NCBI GenBank assembly: GCA_951406725.2
Contig: OX597818.1
Coordinates: forward strand, 118,606,001-118,670,000
Source of the DNA: Octopus vulgaris
Taxonomy: Eukaryota
Direction of reading: 5' to 3'
Length of the DNA: 64,000 nt
Each line of letters begins with the position of its first letter. Positions within the stretch are counted from its first letter, which is position 1. The notes under the pieces were generated by a model that was not told where the DNA came from, did no database searches, and worked only from the letters and a program-made list of their open reading frames with translations. This document shows, one piece after another, positions 27,850 to 47,277 of the stretch. The position numbers were made by a program, and so were the translations under genes.

Positions 27850-28084
27850 GATATATATATATATATATAAATATATATATATACATATATATATAAAGGG
27901 AAAGTTTACGAAAATAAACAAAAGACGAAGACAGGTGGTGTGCAAAACAAACAGATGTATTAGAGAAACAACATGACAGTGAATATGTCCTTCAACAACC
28001 AATCTGATAAACTACTGACCCTAAGCAGCTAAACAACTAAGTATTGTCACCATGATATTGCGGTAGCCACTACACATATTTTTT

Positions 28085-28250
28085 TAATCTCCTTGTTTCT
28101 CTCGTCTTTTCTGTTTCCCTTTCTGTAGAAGAGCGTAGGCTCGAAACGTAAAAGACTTTTTGAAATCCTCAGCGTTATACTAATACATCTGTTTGTTTTG
28201 TACACTTCCTGTCTTCGTCTTTTGTTGTTTTTTTTTCGTGAACTCTCCCC
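28085..28250 (+). repeat. Short dispersed repeat with minimal hammerhead-like core
   Basis: CTTTCTGTAGAAGAGCGTAGGCTCGAAACGTAAAAG. An inverted partial copy lies at 27895-27965. Confidence 0.6.
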
Positions 28251-28655
28251 CTAAGTATTGTTCTATCCCCTTTTGTGATCCTCTTTTTTCTTTCTGTAAT
28301 GAAATACAGTCTCCTCACCATCATTGTTAAATGACGATGATGATGAGGCTATATTGCATCACAGAAAAAAATGTGTGTGCGTGTGTGTATATGTGTGTTT
28401 TTATTTACTTGCATGTGATTGGCTGAAGCAATAAATTATTGTTACGATACTTAATAAAATAGCTCTACTTCCTTGTGCATGAAATTAAAAAACAGACATG
28501 TTGGAATTTATGGCAACCACAGAGATATGACTTCAGTTAAATTTATTTCTTCATTTCAGTGAAATCGTCTTTATATATTTCAACAATATTCATTTGCATA
28601 TTCTGTTTACATATCCCGAAACGAATATATTTATAAACGCTATTTTGCATTGCTA

Positions 28656-28973
28656 CCTGTTAATATGAACAAATATCGGTATGTCTGATTGTTTACGAGG
28701 TACCATGCATAATTATTATTCTATGTATACACTTGGTCAATTAAAAAGACATTCATAAACGAACGGTAAGATTCATACGGACATCAGTACTGTCGTCTTT
28801 TATGATATATGTATACATATACGTATTTATGTTTGTATATATAATTACTCACACAGACACAGACACAGAAACACAGACACACTATTTCTCTCACAAAGGC
28901 ATGCATACATACATATTATACATACATATATTTATATATATATGCATATACATATGCATACACACACACACAC

Positions 28974-29022
<49 letters not shown>

Positions 29023-29151
29023 GTATCTATGTATGTATGTATGTGTGTATTCCTGCTTTTGTGAGAGAGTTAGAGTGTGTGCGTTTGTGAGCATGCGTAA
29101 GTATGTATGAGATTAATTTGTAAATGTCATATTATATACCGAATGCATAGA

Positions 29152-29212
<61 letters not shown>

Positions 29213-29404
29213 AACTATATATGCATACATAAATACATACATGCATAGATATGTCATAAGAGACAACAGTATTGATGTCTATATGAATCCTACCGTTCGT
29301 TTGTGAATGTCTTTTTAATTGTCCAAGGTGTATACATAGAATAATAATTATCCATGAAACCTCGTAAACAATCAGACATACCGATATTTGTTCACATTAA
29401 CAGG
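28656..29404. mobile_element. MITE-like element with ~150-bp terminal inverted repeats and TA flanks
   Basis: 28656-28805 is approximately the reverse complement of 29254-29404 (TA|CCTGTTAA...TTAACAGG|TA). The spacer is almost all TA/CA/TG microsatellite. Confidence 0.75.
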
Positions 29405-29470
29405 TATCTATTTATATATACTCTTTATATATATATGCATATATACACATATATGTATATATGTAAAAAA

Positions 29471-29565
<95 letters not shown>

Positions 29566-30129
29566 ATGCATGAGTGTGTGTGTAAGCATGTATGCTTTGT
29601 TATTTACATGTGCATGCTGAGTGCATTTCTCTATGTTTATATGTCATAACGAAAATTTATTTAAATTCCAATAATTTAATTCGGATAGTGCTTCACTTTC
29701 TGAAAGGATGCCCAAATTGCATATCGAGAGAGAATTATGTAGTAATTAAATGAATTTCCGAACAAGTAAATCAATTTATATACGTAGCTAATATTCCTCG
29801 AATATTAAAATTCTTTTGACATAAGCAGTCGAATGGGAGAGCAAATATATTTAGAAGTTGCCGAAAGATATAGGTTGAATAACTCCATTGAAATCTGATT
29901 GTATATATTTACGAATGAAAACTTGTTTTAGTGGAGAATAACAGCTGCATAGAAGGAAGAAAAAACAAACTTTTTTTTTAGCAAAAGTTGTAGTGGAGTT
30001 TTGCATTTGCGACGTATTGTTAGTAACTTCAATATTTTGAAATATCTCTCATTCCCTCTCTCTCACTCTCACTCTCTCTCTCAAACACATTGTATTGGTA
30101 TAAATCATACAAACATACATCATACATTC

Positions 30130-30602
<473 letters not shown>

Positions 30603-30677
30603 AACCTACGTCTCCTTGTAACGTTTGTGTATAATTTGATATTATATGACATGACATTACTTACTTGCCACGACCAA

Positions 30678-31843
30678 TTATTCCATAAATAATGCGGGTT
30701 TTTTTTCAATTCCATGAACTAAAAAGTCGGAGGGGTACGAGACGAACTAGCTGCATTGCTTTGCTATAAACGCAGGTAATAATTTTACCTTGTGCTTATT
30801 CTTAGTGCAATTTGAAGGATACAGTTCAGTTTTAACAGTTACATTTTCAAAGCTACAATGGAAGTGACAATGGAGCATATTCGGTCTATTTTGGTTTATG
30901 AGTACCTGTGTCAAAGGTGGTTCCAGAAATTCCGAGTCGAAAAATACAGCCTAGAAGACGAACCTCGTCTCGGAAGATTTGTAGAGCTCGACAAGGATGT
31001 TCTGGAAAACCTGATGGAACAACTCTTGAGGAACTTGCAGAGAGATTTGTATTTGGTCATTCAACTATTCATCGACACTTGCGTGCCATTGGAAAAGTAA
31101 ATTGTATCAATGGGTTCCTGACAAATTTTCTGAGTCTAATCGCATACAGAAAGTCAATGTGTGCTCTTATTTGTTGTGACGTCTCACGAATTAACCCTTT
31201 TGGGCCGATTAATGACTGCTGACGAGAAATGGGTTCTGTATGAAAAATTTCAAACGTCGAAGACAATGTGTAGGGAAAGAAGAAACATCGGCACCCCAGG
31301 CTAAAGAAGGTCTTCATCCGCGTAAGGTATTGTTATCCGTTTAGTGGGAAATGAAAGGTTTAGTCTACTTTGAACTCTTAAACCCAAACCAAATGATGAA
31401 GATCTTCTGCAAAAAGATTTTGTGGCATAAATCAGCACTAAAAGAAAAACGAAAGGTGATCTTGACTCAGGATAATGTTCGACCACATGCAGCGAGGATG
31501 ACATTCCAAAGGCTGGAGCTGTTTCAATGGGAAACGATGCCCCACATCATCCATTCCCTAGGAATTGATCCATCTAACTACCGTTTATTCCGCAGTCTTC
31601 AAAATGATTTGGGCGGTAAAAATATGAACTCTGTAGACGAAGTCAGAACAGTACTGGAGGAGTACTTTTCTTCACGGACAAGTGAATTTTGGAAGAGGGG
31701 CCTTGACAGTCTACCACATAGATGGAAGAGCGTTTTAGAAAATATAGGCCAGTATGTCTTAGTTTAATAAAGACTTTGTTTAGATTAATTTTGAAAAATA
31801 CAAGAATTATAAAAAACCGTATTACTTTTGAGATGACACAATA
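30678..31843 (+). mobile_element. Mariner (DD34D) element, decayed near-full-length transposase
   Basis: Fragments CQRWFQKFR, LEDEPRLGR, TADEKWVLY, LHPRKVLLSV, QDNVRPH, DPSNYRLFRSLQN, FWKRGLDSLPHRWK. Imperfect TIRs ATAATGCGGGTTTTTT / AAAAAACCGTATTA. Confidence 0.9.
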
Positions 31844-32861
31844 TTATGATTATATCTTGGAGGATTTCCAGACTCCTTGGCTGCGATTCTATCCAGAGTT
31901 CCATTCTTATTCCTGGGAAATTTTCGCAGGGTTAGGTTATTTAGGGGATGTCCGTGTGTGTTTTGATACGTGCCAAGATGGCCGTCTCCATCCAGATGTA
32001 GATATTTGGAGAATATCGAGTACTCTTAATTTGTCACCACACTAATTAAGGTATGCTGGTGTGATGGTCATCTACTCGTTGTTTATATGATGTAATAGAA
32101 GCATCTTTACTTCTTTTTCTGTCAAGAACCATACTTCCACCGTGCGGAAAATACTATGTCATGCTACATAGGTTTGCAGGAACCAGTTTGGCTTCGGACC
32201 ACTTACATTTCTGCTAATGAAAGTGAAAGTAGCGGTCTATTTTCATTGCCGATTTCTTATGCAACCAACTTAGGTTTTTTCAAAGGTGCTAAGTGGCAAT
32301 TATCTTTCAAGACGACGCCATACCAGAAGAAAGAAAAGGAGGAAGAGAAAGAAGAGGAAGGAGAAGAAGAAGGAGAGGAAGTAGATAAGAGGGAGAAGCA
32401 GAAGAGGAAGGGGAAGAGAAGAAGAAGAAAATGAAGAAGAAAATGAAGTAAAGGAAGAATTGGAAGAACAACAAAAACAACAACAACTACATCCCCCACC
32501 AAAAAAGAAGAAAGAAAAAATAAACAAATAAAATAACAGAATGGTAGAAAGGAAAGGACATCTTGGATTGGAGATTGATATTTCAAACATTTGCCGCAGA
32601 GCATGATTCCACAACAAAGGATATATATATCTAAAAAACCACACCCTATATTAAAAGAGACATGTTACACTGAGATGTAATTGCATCGTGTGTTTATATA
32701 TATATATACACGTGTGTGAGCGCGCGTGTGTACATATATACACACATATATGTGTGTATGTATGAGTGTGTGTGTATACATATATATACACACATATACA
32801 CATATATAGATATATATCATGAAATGTATTTATATATATATATATACATATATATGTATGA

Positions 32862-32898
<37 letters not shown>

Positions 32899-32899
32899 T

Positions 32900-32936
<37 letters not shown>

Positions 32937-32999
32937 CATACTTACATACATACATATATGTATGAATATATATCTATATATATATATATATATATATAA

Positions 33000-33215
33000 C
33001 GGGAAGCTTTATGAAAATAAACAAAGGACGAAGGCAGGTGGAATACAAACAGACAATTGTATTAGTATGGCGCTCAGGAATATGAATAAAACATGTCTTT
33101 TACGTTTCGAGCCTACGCTCTTCAACTGAAAGATACACAGAAAAGAAAAAAGGAAAGAAACAAGGAGAAAAAAAAAATGCGTGCAGAAGCTAGCGAATCA
33201 ACATGGCGATATATG
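33000..33215 (-). repeat. Short dispersed Penelope-derived repeat
   Basis: Reverse complement contains GAAGAGCGTAGGCTCGAAACGTAAAAGAC. Flanked by (TA)n on both sides. Confidence 0.6.
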
Positions 33216-33216
33216 G

Positions 33217-33274
<58 letters not shown>

Positions 33275-33677
33275 GCGATATATATTGTCTTAAGTATATG
33301 AAGAGAAGAACTTGTGTTAACTTTACCGCAATTAATTTCTATTTTTATTGTCCATTGAGCGACGGTTAACTCTGCGAATCCTCTATTAAGATTAATGGTG
33401 CCTTATCAACTAGGAAAATCTTTAATATTTCCTACAGAGGAGACATAATCCATTAAAATCTTATGCATATTTTATATGTATGATTTTACAAGCTCTTATG
33501 AAAATGATATTGCCTGACATATTTTTGTAATCGAGAAATGCGAACTGAGAAAATTCGGCATTCAGATACTAATCTCTAAATCCTACAACAATAAGTTTAT
33601 CAAGGTTGATTTTTTCAGGTCAAATGGGTTGAAAATAATACCAGAATAATACCATCAAAGGTACGTTACAAATTCTT

Positions 33678-33791
<114 letters not shown>

Positions 33792-33811
33792 TATAATAAT
33801 AATAATAATAA

Positions 33812-33960
33812 CCGAAAATTATATGAGAATGATCCCTGGCTTACCATCCCTGCAAGAAGTGCAAAAGATTGTCTTAACTGGTACATCACACGTATTGAGA
33901 AGAGCATTGTCGATGTGAGAACTGTTGCTGCTCATGTATTTTAATTTAACTTAAAAAAAA
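33812..33960 (+). mobile_element. R4/Dong-clade extreme 3' fragment (family C) following (AAT)n
   Basis: Encodes TENYMRMIPGLPSLQEVQKIVLTGTSHVLRRALSM*, homologous to ...IPGNPKMAEVQKIVLMGTAHILRKILSM* of family B. Confidence 0.8.
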
Positions 33961-34087
33961 AATGTAAATGAACGAACTATTGAGTTTGGCTTTATGGCCT
34001 ACCAATGTATAGTATGAGTTTCTTTGCCCTAGGAGTCGGGAAGACACTCGGCAAGAAATGGAAGCAAATTTGAAAGAAGAAAAAAAA

Positions 34088-34171
<84 letters not shown>

Positions 34172-34179
34172 GTAATAAT

Positions 34180-34212
<33 letters not shown>

Positions 34213-35296
34213 GAGGCGGAGGAGGAGGAGGAGGAGGAGGGAGAGAAGGAGGAGGAGGATGAGAAGAAGGAGAAGAAAAGAAAAAGAAGAAGAAAAAGGA
34301 AAAAGAAGGAGGAGGAGGAGGAGGAGAAGAAGAAGAAGAAAAAGAAGACGGAGAAAAAGAAGAAGAAGAAGAAGAAGAAGAAGAAGAAGAAGAAGAAGAA
34401 GAAGAAGAAGAAGAAGAAGAAGAAGAAGAAGAAGAGGAAGAGGAAGAAGAAGACGAACAGCAACGACAACAACAATAGCGAAAATAACAATAAAACCAAC
34501 AATTACATTCTCCACTACCAGTCAAATAAACGAACAAATAAAATAAGAGAATATGGGAGAAAGGAAATGAAAATTTGGATTGGAGATTGTGAAGCATTTG
34601 CCGCGGAGCATGGTACCGCAACAAAAGATATATATTTCTCAACAAAAAAAAAAAAAAACACAATTCATTAAAAATGTAAGAAGGTATGTTACACTGACAA
34701 AATGTAACTGCATTGTCTATGTATGCATGCATGTATGTATGTATGTATTTATGTATGTATGTATGTATGTACGTATGTGTGTGTGTCCTCGCCTACGTGG
34801 AATGTGTGTGTGTTTATATGAAATGTATTGTCTTAAGACTAATGCATATTCGATTTTATTCAATATGAAAGGAAGGACTTGTGTAAACTTTACCGCAACT
34901 GTTTCGTATTTCTATTTTCCATTTACCGACGGCTAATTGTGACAATTCGCTATTAAAGAATAACGTAACATGTCAGCAAGGCAAGGAAAGTCTTCATATA
35001 CTAGCTACAGAGGAAGCATAATCCATTAAAGTCTGATACATATTTTATATCTATGATTGCACAATCTTTTACGACAAGGATATTGCCTCACATATTTGTA
35101 ATCGAGAAATGTGGACTAAGCAAATTTGGAATTCAAGTACTGTTCTCTTATTATAAACTTAAAGCAACTTAATATCAGGGGTCATCATTTTCAAATAAAA
35201 TGTGTTGAGAATAATACATTCTCTCATAAAATGAACGGAACAATACTATCAAAGCTACACTGGGAATTGCTCCATATAATAATGATAATAATAATG

Positions 35297-35368
<72 letters not shown>

Positions 35369-35545
35369 GTAATAGTAATAATATTTTATCTGTGAATTTG
35401 CGTGTGTAATCTGGGAATGCATACAATGAGCTTTCTCTGCCCTAGGTGTATGAAAAACACTCGGCGAGAAACGGAAGAAAATTTGAAGAAAGAAGGAAAA
35501 AACATAATACTAATAATAATAATAATAATAATACAAATAATAATC

Positions 35546-39585
<4,040 letters not shown>

Positions 39586-39608
39586 ATAATAATAATAATA
39601 ATAATAAT

Positions 39609-39645
<37 letters not shown>

Positions 39646-39648
<3 letters not shown>

Positions 39649-41699
39649 TTCAAGGCACTTACTGCAGTGATATCACAAAGGCTGAACAAGCACCTGGACG
39701 AAAACAAACTGTTCCCAGAAGAGCAGAAAGGATGCCGCAAAGGCTCATATGGCTGTAAAGATCAACTAATGATTAATAAAGCCATAACTGAAGACAGCCA
39801 CAGAAAGAAGAAAGGCCTCAGTATGGCCTGGATTGACTATAAAAAGGCGTTTGATAGCATCCCCCACACATGGATCCTCGAAACACTAGCCATTAACAAA
39901 GTATCACCAACAATCATAAAATTCATAGAGCACTCTATGAATAAATGGCAAACAGTCCTACACCTCCAAACAAAAGAGGGACTCATGAAAACCAAAGACA
40001 TCCCCATTAGAAGAGGAATATTCCAGGGAGATACGCTCTCTCCACTCCTTTTCTGCTTAGCACTGTCACCTCTATCTGATATGCTAAATAGAACTGGATG
40101 CGGATATAAATGTTACGGCAAAACGATCAGCCACCTTTTATATATGGATGACCTAAAACTATACGCTGCAAATGACAAACAGCTGGAAACACTATTAAAG
40201 ACAGTTCATGGATTTACCAAAGAAATAGATATGAAATTTGGATTAGAAAAATGCGCCAAAGTAACCATGAAAAGAGGAAAACTAGTTAAGAGTAACAACA
40301 TCACACTAGATGAAGCAAATGAAATAAAAGAATTAGACCAAAGCCAAACTTACAAATACTTAGGAATCCATGAACTAGATAAGACACAACACACACAAAT
40401 GAAAGAGAAAATAAAAAAAGAATATTATAGACGAGTTAGATCAATACTAAACACAGAGCTCAATGCTAAAAACAAGATAATATGTATCAACACTTTAGCT
40501 GTCCCAGTTATAAGTTACAGCTACAATATCCTTAACTGGACACGAAATGAACTGACCAAAATAGACAGGAAAACAAGAAAAATAATGACAGGATCTAGGA
40601 TGCATCACCCAAAATCTGACATAGAAAGACTATATATACAACGTATAGAAGGTGGTAGAGGCCTTATACAGCTGGAAAACTACTATAAAATAACCACCAT
40701 AGGACTGCAAAAATATCTACTTCAGAAGGAAGGAAAACTGATCCAGATAGCGGCAAAACACGAGCAAAACAAAAAACTGTTCTCAGTATTTAAGGAAGCT
40801 GACAAATACAAACAAGAAATCATACCACCTAATAAACATGAAGAAGAAGAAGAAGATGAAGAAACAACAAAAGCTATAAAAAAAATGAAATCCAAACTAA
40901 AAATAGAACAGCAAAGAACCATGATAAAACGATGGCAAGAAAAGCCCCTTCATGGTAAATACTGGACTAAACTAAACGCAAAAGAAATAGACAAAGAAAA
41001 ATCCCAGCAATGGTTGAGAAGCTCAGGACTCAAAGCAGAAACAGAGGGATTTTTAATTGCAGCACAAGACCAAAGCCTCCCCACCAGAAATTACCAAAAA
41101 CATGTAATGAAAAGAAATATAACAAGTAACTGCAGAATATGTGGAGATGGACAAGAAACAATAAATCATATTATCTCTAGCTGCCCAGTCCTGGCTAAGA
41201 AGGAATATATTCACAGACATGACAGAGTTGGAACTTACATACATTGGAAGCTATGCCAACATTATGGAATAACAACCGAAAAAAGATGGTATAGGCACAC
41301 ACCAGAAAAGGTCACAGAAAACGAGAAAGCAACCATACTCTGGGATATGCCGATACACACAGATAGAGAAATTAAGGCCAACAGACCAGATATAGTTGTC
41401 AGAGACCATGAAGAAAAAAATGCTTTCTAATTGATGTATCAGTACCGGCAGATGACAACGTGTCTCTAAAAGAAATGGAGAAACTCTCAAAATACAAAGA
41501 CCTGGAAATAGAGGTAACTAGAATGTGGAATCTGAAAACAGAAACAATTCCTATCATAGTAGGTGCATTAGGCATGATAAAAAAATATTCAGACAAATAC
41601 ATAACAAAAACACCAGGACTTACAAACACATATAACATACAGAAGATTGCACTACTAGGCACTGCACACATCCTACGCAGAACACTTTCCATACAATAA
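39646..41699 (+). pseudogene. RT plus RLE endonuclease ORF of A2 (594 aa, then 1-bp frameshift)
   Basis: Open RT and CCHC regions. The frameshift is in an A7 run at ~41414-41420 that is A8 in A1. Confidence 0.9.
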
Positions 41700-41799
41700 C
41701 CATCAGAGCATCACAACAAATCACAGCACATACCCAAGGCACACAGAGCTGCGCTCGGTAGTGAAGTGAAAGCACGCTATAAAAATAAAAATAAAACTA

Positions 41800-41802
<3 letters not shown>
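39646..41802 (+). mobile_element. R4/Dong family A, 5'-truncated copy (A2) in the (AAT)n tail of A1
   Basis: Highly similar to 37426-39585. Same 3' UTR ending AAAACTACTG(AAT)n. Confidence 0.95.
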
Positions 41803-41879
<77 letters not shown>

Positions 41880-43289
41880 TGATGATTATGATAATAATAA
41901 TAGAAATAATAATAATAATAATAATAACAACAACAACAATAACATGAAGGCTTTCCTATATTGGCTATCAGGGCCACAGAATATTTAGTACAATACAAGA
42001 GCTGTGAACAATAGATACAACAATAACAATAAATTTATATCAAGAAAATTCCGCAATAGTGGGAAAACACTAGCCACGGTCTACCAGTCACCCCTGTGAG
42101 CAGAAGTACCGAAGCAAGAACTTCTGTCTCCTCTGTATTTTTTAACCTTAGGGCCCATGCTATAGTAAGTTCACTGTAACTATTTTCGTTACATTGAACG
42201 ACATTCGTACAAATTTTCTTAGAGCTACAACTCGCCCTCCAGTTGCTTTTTCTTTTTAAGTAGAACCTGAGAAAATTCATGCTGAGGGATTGTAAGGTAT
42301 CATTCATATCGTGACGTAAATTACAGAAATTCCTTCTACCAGAGATATGGTCAAATGAATTAAGAAAGGAATACGTGTTCATTCTAATGACTAGATTATT
42401 TTACGTTTGGTAAACTCGTTTCCACGTTAATGCAAGGAACAAATCTTAAAAGTTTCATTCGTTTCTGTGGGAAAGACTGGCCCTTTACAATATTCTATAA
42501 TACGCATTAAGCAATAAATCAACACCTTAGCATCATTAAACTCCAAGTACTGAAAAATTGGGTCCATATATCTGTAAACTCTACCTTGTGATTTAAGAAA
42601 CAATATTAAAATCTTCCGGCAGATACAACAAAAGAACATACATTCTAGACGGATACACTAAGAGTAGCTTTCTGTATTATTCTATCTATCAATCCTTGTA
42701 TCAATGAAGATCTCTTAAACCCATAGTTAAGTTTTAATGAACATTATCACGCCAAAATTCAGAAAAAAAGAGCGTCATGAAATTACAAGGAACTGCCTTA
42801 CACTAAGCCAAGTTATTTGTTACAACTGCAATATTGTAAGAATATTCATTCCCAGGGCTTCTGTAACATTTTATCAGTTTGAATGAAGGCGTTATCTAGT
42901 CACGAAGCTGCTATAAACTTGGAAGTACCGATATCAATCTACTAGTTTTTACGAAGATATCAAGTTATTTACCCATCCCAAAACAGATTAGAACTTATTT
43001 GCTGACCTGCTAGTGTTACAGCTCTGATACTAATATAGCTAATTGCCTTATATAATTGTTCTGCTTCAAAGTTAAAAATGTTATTAAAATATGACTGAAA
43101 TTAGGAACTTGAAAAGTTAAAGAACGCTAGTACAAAGTAACTAATGCCAATTGAATGCATTCGGGAATTTAAAAGTCAAACACTTGATTCTCTGGCAGTG
43201 AAACGGTAAACCTGGAATGTTCAAGAGTTGTTATGTGCAGAGCTACATCATCATAAGTAGTCATACCCTAATTGCATTTCCTTAAACAG

Positions 43290-43407
43290 AATAAAAGAAG
43301 CGGCTTTAATTAGCGTAAGATGGCTGGAAGACAACCCACAAGGATTGGGGTTTTTAAGTAAAGAAAAACAAGAGGCTTTACTACGGAAATCGTTAAAGAC
43401 GACAAAA
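43290..43407 (+). CDS. Candidate internal exon (IKEAALISVRWLEDNPQGLGFLSKEKQEALLRKSLKTTK)
   Basis: Branch-like CCCTAAT, acceptor atttccttaaacag, donor AAA|gtaatt, open frame with protein-like composition. No homology recognised. Confidence 0.35.
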
Positions 43408-43609
43408 GTAATTTCGCTCCAAATATACAAATAAGCTGAAAAACATTTGATAGAAACGGTCAATCAACACATACATTCTTCGATCCACAAAATCAATAGC
43501 GTAAGCATACATGCACCAATGCTGGCAAGGGTGGCACGAAACAAGTTAAACAATTAAAGATATAATGAAAATAGAGACAGCATGTTGTTACCATCTAATT
43601 GTTCTTTTC

Positions 43610-43770
43610 TCCTCATTTTTCTCTACCACCGTACATCCTCTCTGTAAAAGATTGTAGGCTCGAAACGTTTAAGACTTCTTTCAATTTTCCCGATCAACTT
43701 AATACACTGTTTGCTTGTCTTTTCACCTCAGGTTCATGATGCATTTTTTCTTGTTTTATTTTATACCATA
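43610..43770 (+). repeat. Short dispersed Penelope-derived repeat (diverged)
   Basis: CTGTAAAAGATTGTAGGCTCGAAACGTTTAAGAC. Confidence 0.5.
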
Positions 43771-44487
43771 ACGAAAATAGAAGGCAGGATGCGTACTAAA
43801 AACCATCCGCGAATATTTGCCTTAATCCAAAGATATATGTATATATATATGAATGTGTGTGTATATGTATGTATGTATATATCTGTGCCTTTAGTAAAAA
43901 TGATCATTTCATTATTGTATATAAGGACGAGTCTAAATTCAGAGATGAAAATGCTATAGTAATTGTGAATGAATATTCTCGTATTTTATTTCAAATATGC
44001 AAGACCATACATAGAGCAAGATACGAGCGAAAGAAGCAGAAAGCGTAAAATAATACATGTCCGGAATTTCGATACAGAATTCGACCAGATAAAAGAGCAA
44101 AAATATGGATGAACAAATAAGAGCAGAGTATTTCTTTGGGCTCTCTCCTGGCCTTTCTGTTGCTATAGCATAAATGGACGTATACGAGGAATAATTTAAC
44201 AAGCTATTTTAATTTTTTAGAAATATATTTTCTATCTAAATCTTGGGATTAACATAACATGCATATAAACAGCTGAATGTGTCTATAACTGACGCGTTTT
44301 TCCAACATTAGCATCTTTACTGTAATATTCTAACAAGTCAATAACTGGTTTACCGCATACTTAAGAGGAAACTGTATGTTAGCAATGGAAATCGATGTAT
44401 TTGTTGAAGAAATCTATGTAAAAATATAATGAAAGCAATCAATATACTTAAAACAATCAGACTGAATACTATAAAAGATATAAAATC

Positions 44488-44535
<48 letters not shown>

Positions 44536-44669
44536 GTGTGTGTGTGTGATTGACAAGTTGTGTGTGTGTGAATGTGGGTTTACATACGCAAATATACATA
44601 CATGTTAATTTTGTGTAAGAAACTAAGGGTCGCAGTAATGCTTACTCCAATACGGGTAGTAAAAGTAGA

Positions 44670-45260
<591 letters not shown>

Positions 45261-46146
45261 AAATCACATCCTATAAATAATCAGACCTAACAATACAAAA
45301 GCTGTTGACATATCAAAGTAATAGCGATCAGCCAGATCTGAAGGAGAATTACACGAGGGGAAAAATATGAATAAGCCAAAAATATGCTTTTCAGTAAAAT
45401 ATCCCCGAGATGGAAATGCTTTAGAAGCTAATGATATAAGAGTCAGTGAATTAAAACTCAGGATATTCTCATCAAAATGGTAAGCATCATTGAAAGTCAA
45501 TGATTCGCAAGGAGAATATTCAAATAAGTTCCGTATCGGAACAGTCATGAGAAGCAATTAAGCCCCCCCGGGTAGTAGCTCCGTGGTTATTAAAACCGAA
45601 TAATACAAAATGTAGAGGGAAATGCCAGTACTCGCAAAAACCCGATTACCATACCTAAAGGGTTTGCACTAAGTGCTTGATTTATATTCAATGGCCAACT
45701 GTAAAAGACAGAACTACAGCTGAACTATCATCCAGGGGAAAACCAAATAAAATTATCAAAGAATAATGAAAGAGAAATATTCTTTCAATCAGTAGTTCCG
45801 TACCGAAAATGAATACAGTGTGCGATGCCTTAAGTGCAGTGTTATTGCATGGAATTCATGTTCACATGGAAAAACTTTCCCAGACAAACAGAGGAAGAGA
45901 ACCAACAAAGTTTATGCATAAACAAGTCAATTACTCATAACAAACGCATAAAATATAAAGACCGATTTATACAAGCCTACAAAAATTGTACCAATCCAAC
46001 CCATGTTTCATAGAAACATTAAGCATTAGTACTTTACAAATAATAACAATATATATTCAGTCTTTAAAACCACAAATAATCCCGCGTAAACAGATGAGTA
46101 TATAGTGGATACAGTCCTGTTAAAAGGGAATATTCTAACTAGATTT

Positions 46147-46752
46147 AATAACCCCCGCCATTGTGAAGGCGGAGGTATTGTTTACGGTCGTGTTTGTTTG
46201 GTTGTTTGTCCATTGACAAGATATCTCAAGAACCGCTGGATGGATTCTGATGACAGTTTCAGGGATAATTGGCCTCGGTACTGGCACGAACTGATTAGAT
46301 TTTGTGATCGATCCGGTACAGGACAAGTATTCTGGATTATTTGTAATATTTACTTTACACGATTACTATCTTACGTCAACTTTCAAGTCTTTCTCAATTA
46401 TCTCCCTTTAGGCTGTAACTATTTTGAACGGTGAGTTTGTTAACTTTGGTTTGTATTATATAAGGATAAACTATTTGTTACTGCTACTAAATTTTCTACA
46501 GCCACCATCATATTCAATGACTATCATTGGGATCGATCAGGTACACGTCAAGGATACTGGATTAGTGTTCGGGGTTTTTTAAAATTAATTTTTGAGAGTG
46601 GTCGGGTTAAGTTTTTTAGTAATCTCGTTTGTGAGAGCGGTCGAGCTTATTTCAGATATTCTCATTTTAAAAATCCTTCCTGGCTAATCAATATTTGAGA
46701 GGACGTTGGTGTTGCCTTGCCGGAGGTATGGGCTCACTGAATGCTCTACTTT
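46147..46752 (+). mobile_element. Helentron-associated non-autonomous element (HINE/DINE-1-like)
   Basis: 5' palindromic subterminal repeat ACCCCCGCC...GGCGGAGGT, GTTT microsatellite, 3' partner GCCGGAGGTA, short terminal hairpin, T-rich flanks. Confidence 0.65.
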
Positions 46753-46789
46753 ATGGTTTACTTTAAAACATTTAAACCGTAAGAGTTAT

Positions 46790-46952
46790 AGGCGTAGAAG
46801 TGGCTGTGTGGTGAGTAGCTTGCTTACGAACCTCATGGTACCGGGTTCATTCCCACTGCGTGACACCTTGGGCAAGTGTCTTCTACTATAACCTCGAGCC
46901 GACCAAAGCCCAGTGAGTGGATTTGGTAGACGGAAACTGAAAGAAGTCCGTC

Positions 46953-47020
<68 letters not shown>

Positions 47021-47042
47021 ATGCGTGTGTTTGTGTGTGTGT

Positions 47043-47089
<47 letters not shown>

Positions 47090-47277
47090 TCCCCTTCCCA
47101 ACATCGCTTGACGACCGATGCTGGTGTGTTTACGTCCCCGTAACTTAGCGGTTCGGCAAAAGACACCGATAGAATAAGTACTAGGCTTCCAAACAATAAG
47201 TCCTGGGGGTGATTTGCTCGACTAAATGCAGTGCTCCAGCATGGCCACAGTCAAATGACTGAAACAAGTAAAAGAGT
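46790..47277 (+). mobile_element. SINE family 1, full length
   Basis: tRNA-like head, CCTTGGGCAAGT CORE-like motif, internal (TA)n(TG)n, tail. Confidence 0.9.
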
